From: Oxalobacter sp.
GTDB taxonomy: Bacteria; Pseudomonadota; Gammaproteobacteria; Burkholderiales; Burkholderiaceae_D
NCBI GenBank assembly: GCA_051885335.1
Contig: JBJEXA010000166.1
Location: 1-32,053, forward strand
Length of the DNA: 32,053 nucleotides
Direction of reading: 5' to 3'
Positions 17,617-27,512 of the stretch are shown one piece after another. The notes beneath the pieces were generated by a model that was not told the origin of the DNA, did not search any database, and worked only from the letters and a program-made list of their open reading frames with translations. A program made the translations under genes and the position numbers. Each line of letters begins with the position of its first letter. The stretch's first letter is position 1.

Positions 17617-18873
17617 TCATTCCCTGCGTTCCAATACTGCCGCAAAGAAACCATCTGTCTGATGCTTATGCGGCATCAGTTTCAGATAATCGCCCATTTC
17701 AAGGCCAACCTTTGCTTCTGTCAACACCTGATGCATCGGTACCAAGGCATAATGGGGATTGCCGGCAAGAAAATCTGCAACAACCTTTTCATTCTCATCT
17801 TCCAGCAAGCTGCATGTCGCATAAACCAGGCGTCCGCCCGGTTTCACCAGACGGGCAGCCGATGCCAGGATTTCCCGCTGCTTGCCATTCATCTCCGCAA
17901 CAGCATCTTCTGTCTGGCGCCATTTCAAATCTGGATTGCGCCTGAGCGTCCCCAATCCACTGCACGGGGAATCCACCAATACCCTATCCGCCTTCCGGGC
18001 AAGACGTTTGATCCGCGCATCATGTTCATGGGCAATCTTGACCGGATGGACATTGGACAATCCACTGCGGGCAAGACGTGGTTTCATGTTGGACAGCCGT
18101 TTTTCAGAGACTTCAAATGCGTAGAGCCGGCCGGTATTGCGCATTGCCGCACCCAGTGCCAATGTCTTGCCTCCTGCACCGGCACAGAAATCAACCACCA
18201 GTTCACCACGGCGCGCACCGACAATCTGCGCAAGCAGCTGACTGCCTTCATCCTGCACCTCGACACCGCCATTCTTGAACAATGGCATATTCTGGAGAGC
18301 AATCTTTTTCGTAAGCCGTATCCCAGATGACGCATAGGGTGTCATTTCATAGTCCACCGGTACTTCCCTCAAGACCCTGGCCACATCTTCACGGCGGTTT
18401 TTCAACGTATTGACACGAAGATCCAAAGGCGCTGGTGTATTCAGGACATCTGCCATCTGGAGCGTCTCTTCTTCACCATACTGCTGGACAAGGCGGCTGT
18501 ACAGCCAATCCGGCAGATTCGTCCTGAGCCTTGCTGGCAACTGTTCACGGTCAATGGTCTGGATATGTTCCAGCCATGCCTGCTCACCATCTGTCAGTCC
18601 GGACAAAGCATCTACGCCATAGATATCCGACAGTGCCAGCAATGCCAGGCGCCGGATTTGGGCTCCCTGTCCCGATTCTGCAAGGTTGCTGTAAACCAAC
18701 CGGTTCCGCAAGACCCGATAGACCGATTCAGCCACTGCACCCCGTTCACGCATCCCCAGTTTGGCGTGTCCCCGGAAATAACGGGAAATCAGGACATCCG
18801 CAGGTCCTTTGAACTGAAGAACCTCTTTCAGCACCTGCTCTGTATGCCTGAGCACCAACGGTGGCAGTTTCAT
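17617..18873 (-). CDS. RsmB/NOP-family RNA m5C methyltransferase
   Basis: EVQDEGSQ, VDFCAGAGGKT, LVDSPCSG.G..RRNPD, YATCS, TDGFF. Confidence 0.93.
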   Translation of the reverse strand: MKLPPLVLRHTEQVLKEVLQFKGPADVLISRYFRGHAKLGMRERGAVAESVYRVLRNRLVYSNLAESGQGAQIRRLALLALSDIYGVDALSGLTDGEQAWLEHIQTIDREQLPARLRTNLPDWLYSRLVQQYGEEETLQMADVLNTPAPLDLRVNTLKNRREDVARVLREVPVDYEMTPYASSGIRLTKKIALQNMPLFKNGGVEVQDEGSQLLAQIVGARRGELVVDFCAGAGGKTLALGAAMRNTGRLYAFEVSEKRLSNMKPRLARSGLSNVHPVKIAHEHDARIKRLARKADRVLVDSPCSGLGTLRRNPDLKWRQTEDAVAEMNGKQREILASAARLVKPGGRLVYATCSLLEDENEKVVADFLAGNPHYALVPMHQVLTEAKVGLEMGDYLKLMPHKHQTDGFFAAVLERRE

Positions 18874-19523
18874 AGACCGCCTCCTGTCAGGACAAAGCCC
18901 AACTGCTTCACCACCTCTGATGCCAGTACTGCCCTGCCCTTATCATCCATCGTCACTAAACCATCAACCGCCCATTTGACAACACGTGGATAAATCCGGT
19001 GTTCCTGTTCCAGGACACGGTCAGCCAAAGAATCTTCATCATCATCTGGCAATACCGGCACCACTGCCTGGGCAATAATCGGCCCGCCATCCAGTTCCGG
19101 TGTCACAAAATGCACCGTTGCACCATGCACCCTGACACCCGCATCAATCGCCTGCTGATGGGTATGCAGTCCCCTGAAATTCGGCAGCAGGGATGGATGG
19201 ATATTCAGCAGACGCCCCATATAATGCTCGACAAAACCGGCTGTCAGGATACGCATGAAACCAGCCAGGACAACCACATCCGGCTGATAACCATCAATGG
19301 CTGCCATCAAAGCCGCATCATAAGATTCCCTGTCTGGATACCCCTTATGGGAAACAACTGCAGTTGGAATGCCCTGCCCCCCGGCAAACCGCAATCCGGC
19401 AGCATCTGCCCGATTGCTGATGACTGCACTGATCCGTGCATTCCATTTTTCTTCTTTGCATTTCTGGACAATGGTCTGCATATTGCTGCCACGTCCTGAA
19501 ATGAGAATCACAATATTTTTCAT
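18870..19523 (-). CDS. purN: Phosphoribosylglycinamide formyltransferase
   Basis: VILISGRGSNM, LAGFMRIL, NIHPSLLP, GATVHFV..ELDGGP. Confidence 0.97.
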   Translation of the reverse strand: MKNIVILISGRGSNMQTIVQKCKEEKWNARISAVISNRADAAGLRFAGGQGIPTAVVSHKGYPDRESYDAALMAAIDGYQPDVVVLAGFMRILTAGFVEHYMGRLLNIHPSLLPNFRGLHTHQQAIDAGVRVHGATVHFVTPELDGGPIIAQAVVPVLPDDDEDSLADRVLEQEHRIYPRVVKWAVDGLVTMDDKGRAVLASEVVKQLGFVLTGGGL

Positions 19524-19607
19524 GGTTTGTTTACTGTCAAAAAATCAATCCATTGCCTGGATAACGCCAGACCTGCCTGGAAACATTCCCTATCCGCCTG
19601 CTATGTC

Positions 19608-20459
19608 CTACTTACACCAGCATCCACCGCTGACCCGCTCGATGCCCGCCAGATCATACCAGCTTTGCACCGCCGTAAAACCCCGCTGTACCAGCATCTC
19701 CCGGACAGCTTCTGCCTGATTATAACCGTGCTCCATCAACAGCCAACCATCTGTTTTCAGGAAAAGAGGAGCACCCTCAACAAGAACTGTCAACGCCGCC
19801 AAGCCATCAGCATCATCCGTCAAAGCGTGCTTTGGTTCAAAACGCAGATCCCCCTGTTCAAGATGCCGGTCTTCACGGTGGATGTAAGGTGGATTGGAAA
19901 CAATAACATTAAAAGATGCGCCTGCATAAAACGCTTCGAACCAGTTTCCCTGGCAGAAACGGATCCGTTCACCATCCCCAAGAATCCGGTGGGCATTTTT
20001 TCTGGCAACCGATAAGGCGCCTTCAGACACATCCGTAGCCGTCACCACAGCATCCGGGCGTTCATAGGCAACAGAAACAGCAATCGCGCCAGACCCCGTT
20101 CCCATATCAACCAATGACCCCCCTTGAGGCAAGACAGCCGACGCCTGTTCAATCAACAGCTCAGTTTCCGGACGGGGAATCAGAACATCAGGAGATACCT
20201 GGAACGGCAACCCAAAAAACTCCCGTATACCTGTGATATAGGCAACCGGCTCACCGGCCTCACGCCGTGCCAGCAACTCCGCCAATTTCTGCGCTTCTTC
20301 TGTTGTCAGGACATGGTCTGAACGGGTAATCTGCTGGACACGGGACAGACCCGTTGCCTGTTCCAGCAAAATCCGAAGTTCCAGCGTATCAAAACAGGCA
20401 GCTTTGAACAGTGCCTCAACAGTAACCCCCGTTCTGACAACATCCCTGAAATCCCTCAA
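19608..20459 (-). CDS. prmC: Release factor glutamine methyltransferase
   Basis: GEPVAYI.G.REF, VLIPRPETE, DMGTGSG, SNPPY. Confidence 0.96.
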   Translation of the reverse strand: MRDFRDVVRTGVTVEALFKAACFDTLELRILLEQATGLSRVQQITRSDHVLTTEEAQKLAELLARREAGEPVAYITGIREFFGLPFQVSPDVLIPRPETELLIEQASAVLPQGGSLVDMGTGSGAIAVSVAYERPDAVVTATDVSEGALSVARKNAHRILGDGERIRFCQGNWFEAFYAGASFNVIVSNPPYIHREDRHLEQGDLRFEPKHALTDDADGLAALTVLVEGAPLFLKTDGWLLMEHGYNQAEAVREMLVQRGFTAVQSWYDLAGIERVSGGCWCK

Positions 20460-20930
20460 TCAGCCACCCCGCCGTGCCAGCCTGAACAAGGCAATGGCAA
20501 AAATCACAAACCAGACCAAAGCCCACTGCGGTGGGGTCAGCATCATAAATGGTGCCGGAACATCACTGCACAGGCTTTCAGCCCTGAACAAGACTGGTAT
20601 GGCTTTCGCCAGCCAGAAACCGTTTACCGCCTCTTCCAATGCATCCCTGCCACATTGGATTGCCGGATGGGCAATGACCCAAAGCTGGTATCCCGTCAGA
20701 TAAATCCCAACCAAAGCCATCAGGCTTCCAAGGATTGAAAACAGCCGTATTCTTCGGGAAAAAGCACCCAACAGGCAAAAGATGCCAATGAGGATGAATG
20801 CATACCGTTGAAGGACACAGAGCGGACATGGCAGTTCCATCCTGAAGACCTGCAGATACCATGCAATCAGAATGAATCCCGTGCAAAGGATACTGATTAC
20901 AAAAAGCTGATTCCGTGGTTTCATCACCAT
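20460..20930 (-). CDS. dsbB: Disulfide bond formation protein B
   Basis: Four hydrophobic segments, PCPLCVLQR, second Cys pair (QCG...SLCS). Start among ATGs at 20924, 20930 and 20936. Confidence 0.88.
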   Translation of the reverse strand: MVMKPRNQLFVISILCTGFILIAWYLQVFRMELPCPLCVLQRYAFILIGIFCLLGAFSRRIRLFSILGSLMALVGIYLTGYQLWVIAHPAIQCGRDALEEAVNGFWLAKAIPVLFRAESLCSDVPAPFMMLTPPQWALVWFVIFAIALFRLARRGG

Positions 20931-20967
20931 GCTCATCAAAGACTGCCAGGAACAGGATGCCTGCCTG

Positions 20968-22050
20968 TCAGATTGTCTCGCCCATCTCAGCCAGCAGTTC
21001 CGCCTGTCTTTCTGCTGCCAGTGCATTAAGCAGTTCGTCCAAATCACCATCCATAATGAATTCCAGCTTGTAAAGCGTCAGATTGATGCGGTGGTCTGTA
21101 ACGCGTCCCTGCGGAAAGTTATAAGTCCGGATACGTTCACTGCGGTCACCGGAACCGATCAGGCTTTTCCTTTCAGCTGCTTCCTTCGCATGCTGCTCCT
21201 GCATCTGCCGATCCTTGATACGGGCTGCCAGCACCTGCAACGCCTGCGCCTTGTTCTTATGCTGACTCCGGTCATCCTGACATTCCACGACAATCCCTGT
21301 CGGCAGATGGGTGATCCGAACTGCAGAATCGGTCTTGTTGATATGCTGCCCTCCTGCTCCGGAAGCCCGGAAGGTATCAATACGGATATCTGCCGGATTG
21401 ATCTGGACATCACTGATATCATCTGCCTCCGGCATCACAGCAACCGTACAGGCAGACGTATGCACCCTTCCCTGCGTCTCTGTCACCGGCACCCGCTGAA
21501 CACGATGGCCGCCGGATTCAAACTTCAGCCGGGAATACACACTGTCCCCTGACAGACGGACAATGACTTCCTTATACCCGCCCAAATCAGACATTGAAGA
21601 TGAAACGACTTCCACCTGCCAGCGGTTCTTTTCCGCATAACGGCTGTACATCCGGAGCAGATCCCCCGCAAATAAAGCCGATTCATCACCACCCGTCCCT
21701 GCACGGATTTCAAGAAACACGTTCTTGTCATCATTCGGGTCTTTCGGCAGCAGCAGAATCTGAAGCTCATTCTCAATCTCCTGCAACCGTATTTCACCGT
21801 CATTGATTTCCTGCTGGGCAAACGTCTTCATTTCAGGATCCGCCAACATCTCTGCCGCAGTCTCGATATCTGAAGAAACCTGCTGGTAAGCATTGAATAA
21901 TGCAACGACAGGAGACAGTTCAGCATATTCCTTGTTCAGTTTCCTGAACTGTTCCTGCTTGGCAATGACTTCCGGCAAAGCCAGAAGCTCATTGATTTCT
22001 GTCAAACGGTTGGACAGGTTCTCCAACCGTGCCAGCATTGTCGGTTTCAT
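20968..22050 (-). CDS. prfA: Peptide chain release factor 1
   Basis: [13 protein letters not shown] anticodon-mimic motif (RVPVTE), [19 protein letters not shown]. Start probably MKP at 22050 (alternatives 22056, 22065). Confidence 0.97.
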   Translation of the reverse strand: MKPTMLARLENLSNRLTEINELLALPEVIAKQEQFRKLNKEYAELSPVVALFNAYQQVSSDIETAAEMLADPEMKTFAQQEINDGEIRLQEIENELQILLLPKDPNDDKNVFLEIRAGTGGDESALFAGDLLRMYSRYAEKNRWQVEVVSSSMSDLGGYKEVIVRLSGDSVYSRLKFESGGHRVQRVPVTETQGRVHTSACTVAVMPEADDISDVQINPADIRIDTFRASGAGGQHINKTDSAVRITHLPTGIVVECQDDRSQHKNKAQALQVLAARIKDRQMQEQHAKEAAERKSLIGSGDRSERIRTYNFPQGRVTDHRINLTLYKLEFIMDGDLDELLNALAAERQAELLAEMGETI

Positions 22051-22154
22051 CGTCATATGTCGCACAAAATCAAGAAATACGGTAAAACAGCATTATACGA
22101 AACCCTTCAATATGAGACCATTAAGGCATCAACATTTTCTGTAAGGTAACAGCC

Positions 22155-23831
22155 ATGTCCATCGCACCGATTATCCTGTCCGGCATCTGCCTGATTCTCC
22201 TGATCATCTTAATCATTGTCCTGATGCGCCAGTCCAGGAACAGCCTGTCTGAGACTGAACTCCAAAAAGTACAGACGGAAATCATCCAGCAGATACAACA
22301 GCATATGCAGACCGAAGCAAGGGGAAACCGGGTTGAACTGGCAGGACAACTGACCAATCTCCAACAGGTCGTGAACACCCAGCTCTCAGCACAGGACCAA
22401 CGGCTGAAAACCTTTGAAGAAACCTATTCGGCAAAAATCGAGCAGCTGCGCGAATCACTGACAAATTCGGCATCCCAATCCCGTCAGGAACAGCAGACAA
22501 CTCTGGGACAGATGAACACTGCCATCAACGAATCGTTCCAGAACATCACCTCAGCCAACAACAACCGGCTGAATGATATCCGTCAGACCTTGGAAGACAA
22601 AATCCTCTCCCTTCAGACCGACAACGCAGAAAAACTGGGACTCTTTGCTACAAACCTTGAAAAATTGGTCGTTACCAATGATGAAAAACTGGAAACCATG
22701 CGGAAAGCACTTACAGAAACTTCTGCAACCGCCCGCAAGGAACAGGCCGACAGCATCAATGCCCTCAGGACATCTGTCCAGGAATCGCTCAACACCATGG
22801 CTGAAACCAACCGGAAAGGCATTACCGAAGTCCGTGGAACACTTGAAACAAAAATCACCCAGATGCAGCAGGACAATGCCACCAAACTTGATGAAATGCG
22901 GAAAACAGTTGATGAGAAACTGCATGACACATTGGAACAGCGTCTGGGAGAATCTTTCCGGTTGGTTTCCGAACGCCTTGAAAATGTCCATAAGAGCCTG
23001 GGCGAAATGACCCAGCTGGCGCAGGGCGTCGGTGACCTGAAACGGGTCCTGACAAATGTGAAAACCCGTGGCACCTGGGGTGAAGTACAGCTCGGCATGA
23101 TTCTTGAACAGATGCTGACAACAGGACAGTATGCAAAGAATGTTGAAACCATCCCGGGTTCCGGCGCTTTCGTTGAATATGCAGTCAAACTGCCTGGCAA
23201 AGGTGAATTGGATGCACCCATCTGGCTGCCGATTGATGCGAAATTCCCGAAAGAACAGTATGAACGGCTTGTCCAGGCTTCTGAAGCAGGTGATGCAGCA
23301 GGTGTCACCGCTGCCGGTAAAGAACTGGAAGCCGCCTTGGATGCGCAAGCCAAGACCATTTCCGAAAAATACCTGTCTGCCCCTTATACCACCGATTTTG
23401 GTTTGATGTTCCTGCCCACTGAAGGGCTTTATGCTGAAGCGGTCAGACGCCCCGGACTGGCAGACAGCCTCCAACGCAAATACCGTATCAATATTGCAGG
23501 CCCTTCCACGTTGACAGCCCTCTTGAACAGTCTCCAGATGGGGTTCAAGACGCTTGCCATTGAAAAACGTTCCTCTGAAGTCTGGCAGATTCTCGGTGCC
23601 GTCAAAACCGAGTTTGGCAAATTCGGTGATGTTTTGGCAAACACGAAGAAAGCCCTCGAACGGGTCACGAAGAATATTGAAAAAGCTGAAGTGCGTACCC
23701 GTGCGATGGACCGCCGCCTCCGTTCTGTCGAAGAACTGCCTGCCAATCAGAGTGTTCCTCTGCTTGGATTGGATGCCGTTGACGTTGATATGGAAGAAAC
23801 TGACTCAGACGAAGACGAAAGGGACTCTTAA
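22155..23831 (+). CDS. rmuC: DNA recombination protein RmuC with extended coiled coil
   Basis: N-terminal TM helix, MRKTVDEKL, KTRGTWGE, PIDAKFP, MFLPTEGLYAE, LNSLQMGF. Confidence 0.93.
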   Translation: MSIAPIILSGICLILLIILIIVLMRQSRNSLSETELQKVQTEIIQQIQQHMQTEARGNRVELAGQLTNLQQVVNTQLSAQDQRLKTFEETYSAKIEQLRESLTNSASQSRQEQQTTLGQMNTAINESFQNITSANNNRLNDIRQTLEDKILSLQTDNAEKLGLFATNLEKLVVTNDEKLETMRKALTETSATARKEQADSINALRTSVQESLNTMAETNRKGITEVRGTLETKITQMQQDNATKLDEMRKTVDEKLHDTLEQRLGESFRLVSERLENVHKSLGEMTQLAQGVGDLKRVLTNVKTRGTWGEVQLGMILEQMLTTGQYAKNVETIPGSGAFVEYAVKLPGKGELDAPIWLPIDAKFPKEQYERLVQASEAGDAAGVTAAGKELEAALDAQAKTISEKYLSAPYTTDFGLMFLPTEGLYAEAVRRPGLADSLQRKYRINIAGPSTLTALLNSLQMGFKTLAIEKRSSEVWQILGAVKTEFGKFGDVLANTKKALERVTKNIEKAEVRTRAMDRRLRSVEELPANQSVPLLGLDAVDVDMEETDSDEDERDS

Positions 23832-24045
23832 TCCCTTGGCCATTTTTCCGTTCAATCAGGGATTATCTGACTGGACAGGCAACCTCAGGCAGGGTAACCT
23901 ATTTTATGAAGGCATTGGTTTTCCGTTTCGGTTCTTGACCGGAATACCGGCAAGGCTGAAACACAGCATGCCCCTTGTTGGTCTTTCTGTGCTGGCATAT
24001 TGAATTGTCTGCACACAGTAGGATATTGATATGGAGGGAAAGTCT

Positions 24046-25122
24046 ATGCGTACTATGAAAGCTGCTGTATTCGTCAAACCCGGGCAGATCATCCTCGATG
24101 AAAAGCCCATTCCCAAGGCTGGTCCCGGCCAAGCGGTCATTAAAGTCACCACAACCACCATCTGCGGGACCGATGTCCATATTCTCAAAGGAGAATATCC
24201 GGTAAAACCAGGACTGATTATTGGTCATGAGCCTGTTGGCGTCATCGCAGAACTGGGCGCAGGTGTCACCGGCTATCAGATCGGTCAGCGTGTCATTGTC
24301 GGTGCCATTACCCCCTGTGGGCAATGTTATGCCTGTTTGGACAACCACCCTTCCCAATGTGGTGGCGGACATGGTGCTCATGGCTGGAAACCAATTGGCG
24401 GCTGGAAATTCGGCAATACCATTGATGGCTGTCAGGCGGAATACCTGCTGGTTCCTGATGCCATGGCAAATATGGAACCTATTCCTGATGACCTGACCGA
24501 TGAACAGGTTCTGATGTGCCCAGACATCATGAGTACCGGTTTTTCCGGTGCAGAAAGTGGCAAGGTCAAAATCGGTGATACCGTTGTAGTCTTTGCCCAA
24601 GGTCCTATTGGGCTCTGTGCAACCGCTGGCGCCAAGTTAAGGGGTGCAACCAAGATTATCACTGTTGATGGCATTCCAGAACGGTTGGCAATCTCAAAAC
24701 GCATGGGGGCTGATGTCACCATCAATTTCCGTGAAAAGGATCCAATCGAAGAAATCATGAAAATCACCAACGGTCAGGGCGTTGATGTGGCAATCGAAGC
24801 CCTCGGCACCCAATCGACATTTGAAAGCTGTCTGAGGGTACTGAAGCCCGGTGGTGTCCTGTCCAGTCTCGGTGTCTATTCAGGTGGCGTGACCCTGCCA
24901 GGTGATGCCTTCGCTTCAGGTCTGGCAGACCAGGCTGTTGTCACAACGCTCTGCCCTGGCGGCAAAGAACGGATGCGCCGGCTGCTCAATGTCGTCCAAA
25001 GCGGCCGCGTTGACCTGAAACAGCTGGTCACCCACCGTTTCAAACTGGATCAGATTGAAGAGGCCTATGACCTGTTTGCCAATGCACGGGATGGTGTCCT
25101 GAAAATTGCCATCACAACATAA
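24046..25122 (+). CDS. Zn-dependent medium-chain alcohol dehydrogenase
   Basis: ICGTD.H, GHE..G, structural Zn site CGQCYAC-x7-C, CPDIMSTG, FAQGPIG; GGAGG RBS favours 24046 over 24031. Confidence 0.92.
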   Translation: MRTMKAAVFVKPGQIILDEKPIPKAGPGQAVIKVTTTTICGTDVHILKGEYPVKPGLIIGHEPVGVIAELGAGVTGYQIGQRVIVGAITPCGQCYACLDNHPSQCGGGHGAHGWKPIGGWKFGNTIDGCQAEYLLVPDAMANMEPIPDDLTDEQVLMCPDIMSTGFSGAESGKVKIGDTVVVFAQGPIGLCATAGAKLRGATKIITVDGIPERLAISKRMGADVTINFREKDPIEEIMKITNGQGVDVAIEALGTQSTFESCLRVLKPGGVLSSLGVYSGGVTLPGDAFASGLADQAVVTTLCPGGKERMRRLLNVVQSGRVDLKQLVTHRFKLDQIEEAYDLFANARDGVLKIAITT

Positions 25123-25135
25123 TGCCCCCTTCAGG

Positions 25136-25167
25136 CAAAAACGGCTGGAAAAATCCAGCCGTTTTTG
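25136..25167. terminator. Bidirectional terminator
   Basis: CAAAAACGGCTGGA-AAAA-TCCAGCCGTTTTTG. Confidence 0.88.
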
Positions 25168-25186
25168 ATGTTCTGTTCCAGAAAAT

Positions 25187-25606
25187 TCAAACTGCATTTT
25201 TGGTTACCCATTCACGCATCGCATTGATGACAAGATTGACATGGGTACTGTCTTTATACCGTTCCCAGATGTCCTGCATCTGGCTGAAAACTGCTGTATT
25301 GATATAAGTGACATCCTGGGACCCATCAATGACCAAGGTGAATGATTGGTGTTTTCCAATCTGCATCAACAATTCGAAAAGTGCTGCAAATGTCTTGATA
25401 CCGGTTGGAATGTATGTACCCAGGGTCTGAGAAGCAAGCTGCGCAAAGCCCCCGCATAACTGTGCCTCATTGCTGGTCAGAATCAGTTTGGTCTTGCCGA
25501 TACGCCGTCTGCCTGTCACAACCGTCATCTGGGAATGAACATTGAATGCAGTCTCCCGTGTCCGCTCAGGCAGTGCCCTTTCCTTTTCCCTATGGAAGTA
25601 CCGCAT
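25187..25606 (-). pseudogene. Truncated, degenerate AAA+ ATPase (archaeal-type ATPase/DUF234-associated family)
   Basis: F.REKE start, Walker A VTGRRRIGKT, Walker B degenerate (LVIDGSQ instead of IDEFQ); ends after about 140 aa where the family continues; apparent deletion after Walker A. Confidence 0.75.
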
Positions 25607-25651
25607 TTTTATCACCGTAAATTTTACCGTGGTAAATTTTCCCACGGTAAA
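25607..25651. repeat. Three tandem 15-bp quasi-palindromic repeats
   Basis: TTTTATCACCGTAAA / TTTTACCGTGGTAAA / TTTTCCCACGGTAAA, immediately upstream of the ATPase ATG. Confidence 0.75.
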
Positions 25652-25714
25652 AAAGCAAATGCGCGATGGTATTCAACCAGTCAAACCATCCCCTGCCGGG
25701 ACGCCAGTCAACTA

Positions 25715-26917
25715 TCAATCCGGCAGGAAGATTTCCTGAAGGTCATTCAGGAAACGCATGCCCAGCGATGTCGGGCAGATTGTGGCAGGGCTGACTTTCA
25801 ACAGTTTTTGGGATTCTGCAAGCTGCAGGGGTTCACTGATGGTTGCAAGGGGAAGTCCTGTCCGTTCTTCAAACAGGCGGGTTGGAAAGCCGTTGATAAA
25901 CCGCAGGGCATTCATCATGAACTCAAAACATCTGTCTTCAACAGAAACCTCAAAGGCTTCTTCAAAAGGCGTTTTACCCGCTCCGTCACCTTGCATATAG
26001 GTATCTGGATTCCGTACACACATCCGACGGATGATTTTGCCATCAGGCAGCGTGATTTTGGAATGTGCGGCGGCACCGACGCCCAGATAGTCCCCATACA
26101 GCCAGTAATTACTGTTGTGCTGACATTGGCAACCTGGTTTTGCCCAGGCTGAAACCTCATAATGCTGGAATCCCAAATCAGGCAAAGCCTGTTCCATCCA
26201 TTGCTGCATCTCATCTAAAATTTCCTCATCAGGCAGGACTGGTGGATGACTGGCAAATGGCGTATTCGGTTCAATGGTCAGCTGATAAAGGGAAAGATGT
26301 GTGGGATTGCAGGAAACTGCGGTCTGGACATCCTGCTGGAACTGTTCCAATGTCTGTCCAGGCAAACCAACCATCAAATCAAGATTCACCTGGTCAAACC
26401 ATTGACGGGCTGTCTGTGCAGCCACCAAGGCTTCTTCTCTGCCGTGTATTCTGCCAAGTGTCTGGAGATGGTCAGGATTGAAACTCTGGATGCCGATGGA
26501 AAGACGGTTGATACCCGTTTCCCGATATGCTTTGAATTTCTCAATTTCAAACGTGCCGGGATTGGCTTCCATCGAGATTTCTGCATCAGGCAAGACAGGT
26601 AGCAGAGAGCGGACCATCGACAGCAGTTTATCAATGCCTGCTGATGAAAACAGGCTGGGGGTGCCTCCTCCAATGAAGATGCTGGTAATCCGGCGTCCCC
26701 AGATCAACGGCAATGCCTGTTCAATATCACGTCGAAGTACAGCAATATAGGCATCCTCATCCAACCCGCCTATCAGACGGTTGGAATAGAAATCACAATA
26801 AGGGCATTTCCGGATGCACCAGGGAATATGGATATAAAGCGCAAGCGGTGGCAGGCTGTCAAAGATGGGGAGGATTTCTCCTGACTGGCTGAAATGGACA
26901 GGCTGCTCTTGCGTCAT
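25715..26917 (-). CDS. hemW: Radical SAM heme chaperone HemW
   Basis: LYIHIPWCIRKCPYCDF, GGGTPS, YEVS, HNSNYW; in the conserved rph-rdgB-hemW order. Confidence 0.93.
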   Translation of the reverse strand: MTQEQPVHFSQSGEILPIFDSLPPLALYIHIPWCIRKCPYCDFYSNRLIGGLDEDAYIAVLRRDIEQALPLIWGRRITSIFIGGGTPSLFSSAGIDKLLSMVRSLLPVLPDAEISMEANPGTFEIEKFKAYRETGINRLSIGIQSFNPDHLQTLGRIHGREEALVAAQTARQWFDQVNLDLMVGLPGQTLEQFQQDVQTAVSCNPTHLSLYQLTIEPNTPFASHPPVLPDEEILDEMQQWMEQALPDLGFQHYEVSAWAKPGCQCQHNSNYWLYGDYLGVGAAAHSKITLPDGKIIRRMCVRNPDTYMQGDGAGKTPFEEAFEVSVEDRCFEFMMNALRFINGFPTRLFEERTGLPLATISEPLQLAESQKLLKVSPATICPTSLGMRFLNDLQEIFLPD

Positions 26918-27498
26918 GCCAGTTTCTCCATCAATGCCTTTAATGCCTTACCCCGGTGTGAACAGGCATTTTTCTGTGCTGGCGGCAGTTCAGCCGCTGT
27001 CTTGCCAAATTCTGGAACCAAGAAATAAGGGTCATACCCGAAACCATTGGTTCCTCTTGGTTCATCAATGACAACGCCTGACCATCTGCCATCCGCAATG
27101 ATGGGTTGCGGATCATCAGCTGAACGGACATAGACCAAGACGCAGTAGTAATTGGCAGAACGGTTTTCCACACCAGCCAGGTCTGCAATCAGTTTCTGGT
27201 TGTTCCGGTCGTCAGACTTGGGATTACCGGCATAACGTGCGGAAAGCACGCCGGGTTTACCGTCCAAAGCATCAACACAGATGCCAGAATCATCTGCCAT
27301 CGCAGGCAGACCCGTCTGTCGGGAAACATGCCGGGCTTTCGCCAACGCATTCTCAATGAATGTTCCGAATGGTTCCTCTGCTTCAGTGACATTGAATTCA
27401 GACTGCGGATGGATTTCATAACCCATCGGTTCCAGCATCTGCCTGAATTCCCGGAGTTTGCCCTGATTGCCAGAAGCAAGAACGATTTTGCCAGCCAT
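26914..27498 (-). CDS. rdgB: dITP/XTP pyrophosphatase
   Basis: LASGNQGKLRE, ENA..KA, ADDSG, GFGYDP, SHRG. Confidence 0.96.
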   Translation of the reverse strand: MAGKIVLASGNQGKLREFRQMLEPMGYEIHPQSEFNVTEAEEPFGTFIENALAKARHVSRQTGLPAMADDSGICVDALDGKPGVLSARYAGNPKSDDRNNQKLIADLAGVENRSANYYCVLVYVRSADDPQPIIADGRWSGVVIDEPRGTNGFGYDPYFLVPEFGKTAAELPPAQKNACSHRGKALKALMEKLA

Positions 27499-27512
27499 GC
27501 ATCACCTATCAA

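Noticed and set aside
22138-22152. CTGT...ACAG upstream of rmuC (similar at 5280-5293) as an SOS box
   Set aside because: Spacer is 6 nt, not the 8 nt of the LexA CTGT-N8-ACAG box; no proper box upstream of uvrB either.
22551-23474. Long antisense ORFs (307 and 248 aa) over rmuC, and similar ones over rsmB, prfA, adh, hemW and uvrB
   Set aside because: Fully overlap confident genes on the opposite strand and have no protein-family features.
23992-24010. TGGCA...TTG upstream of the alcohol dehydrogenase as a sigma54 promoter
   Set aside because: Spacing is off by one and the -12 GC is missing.
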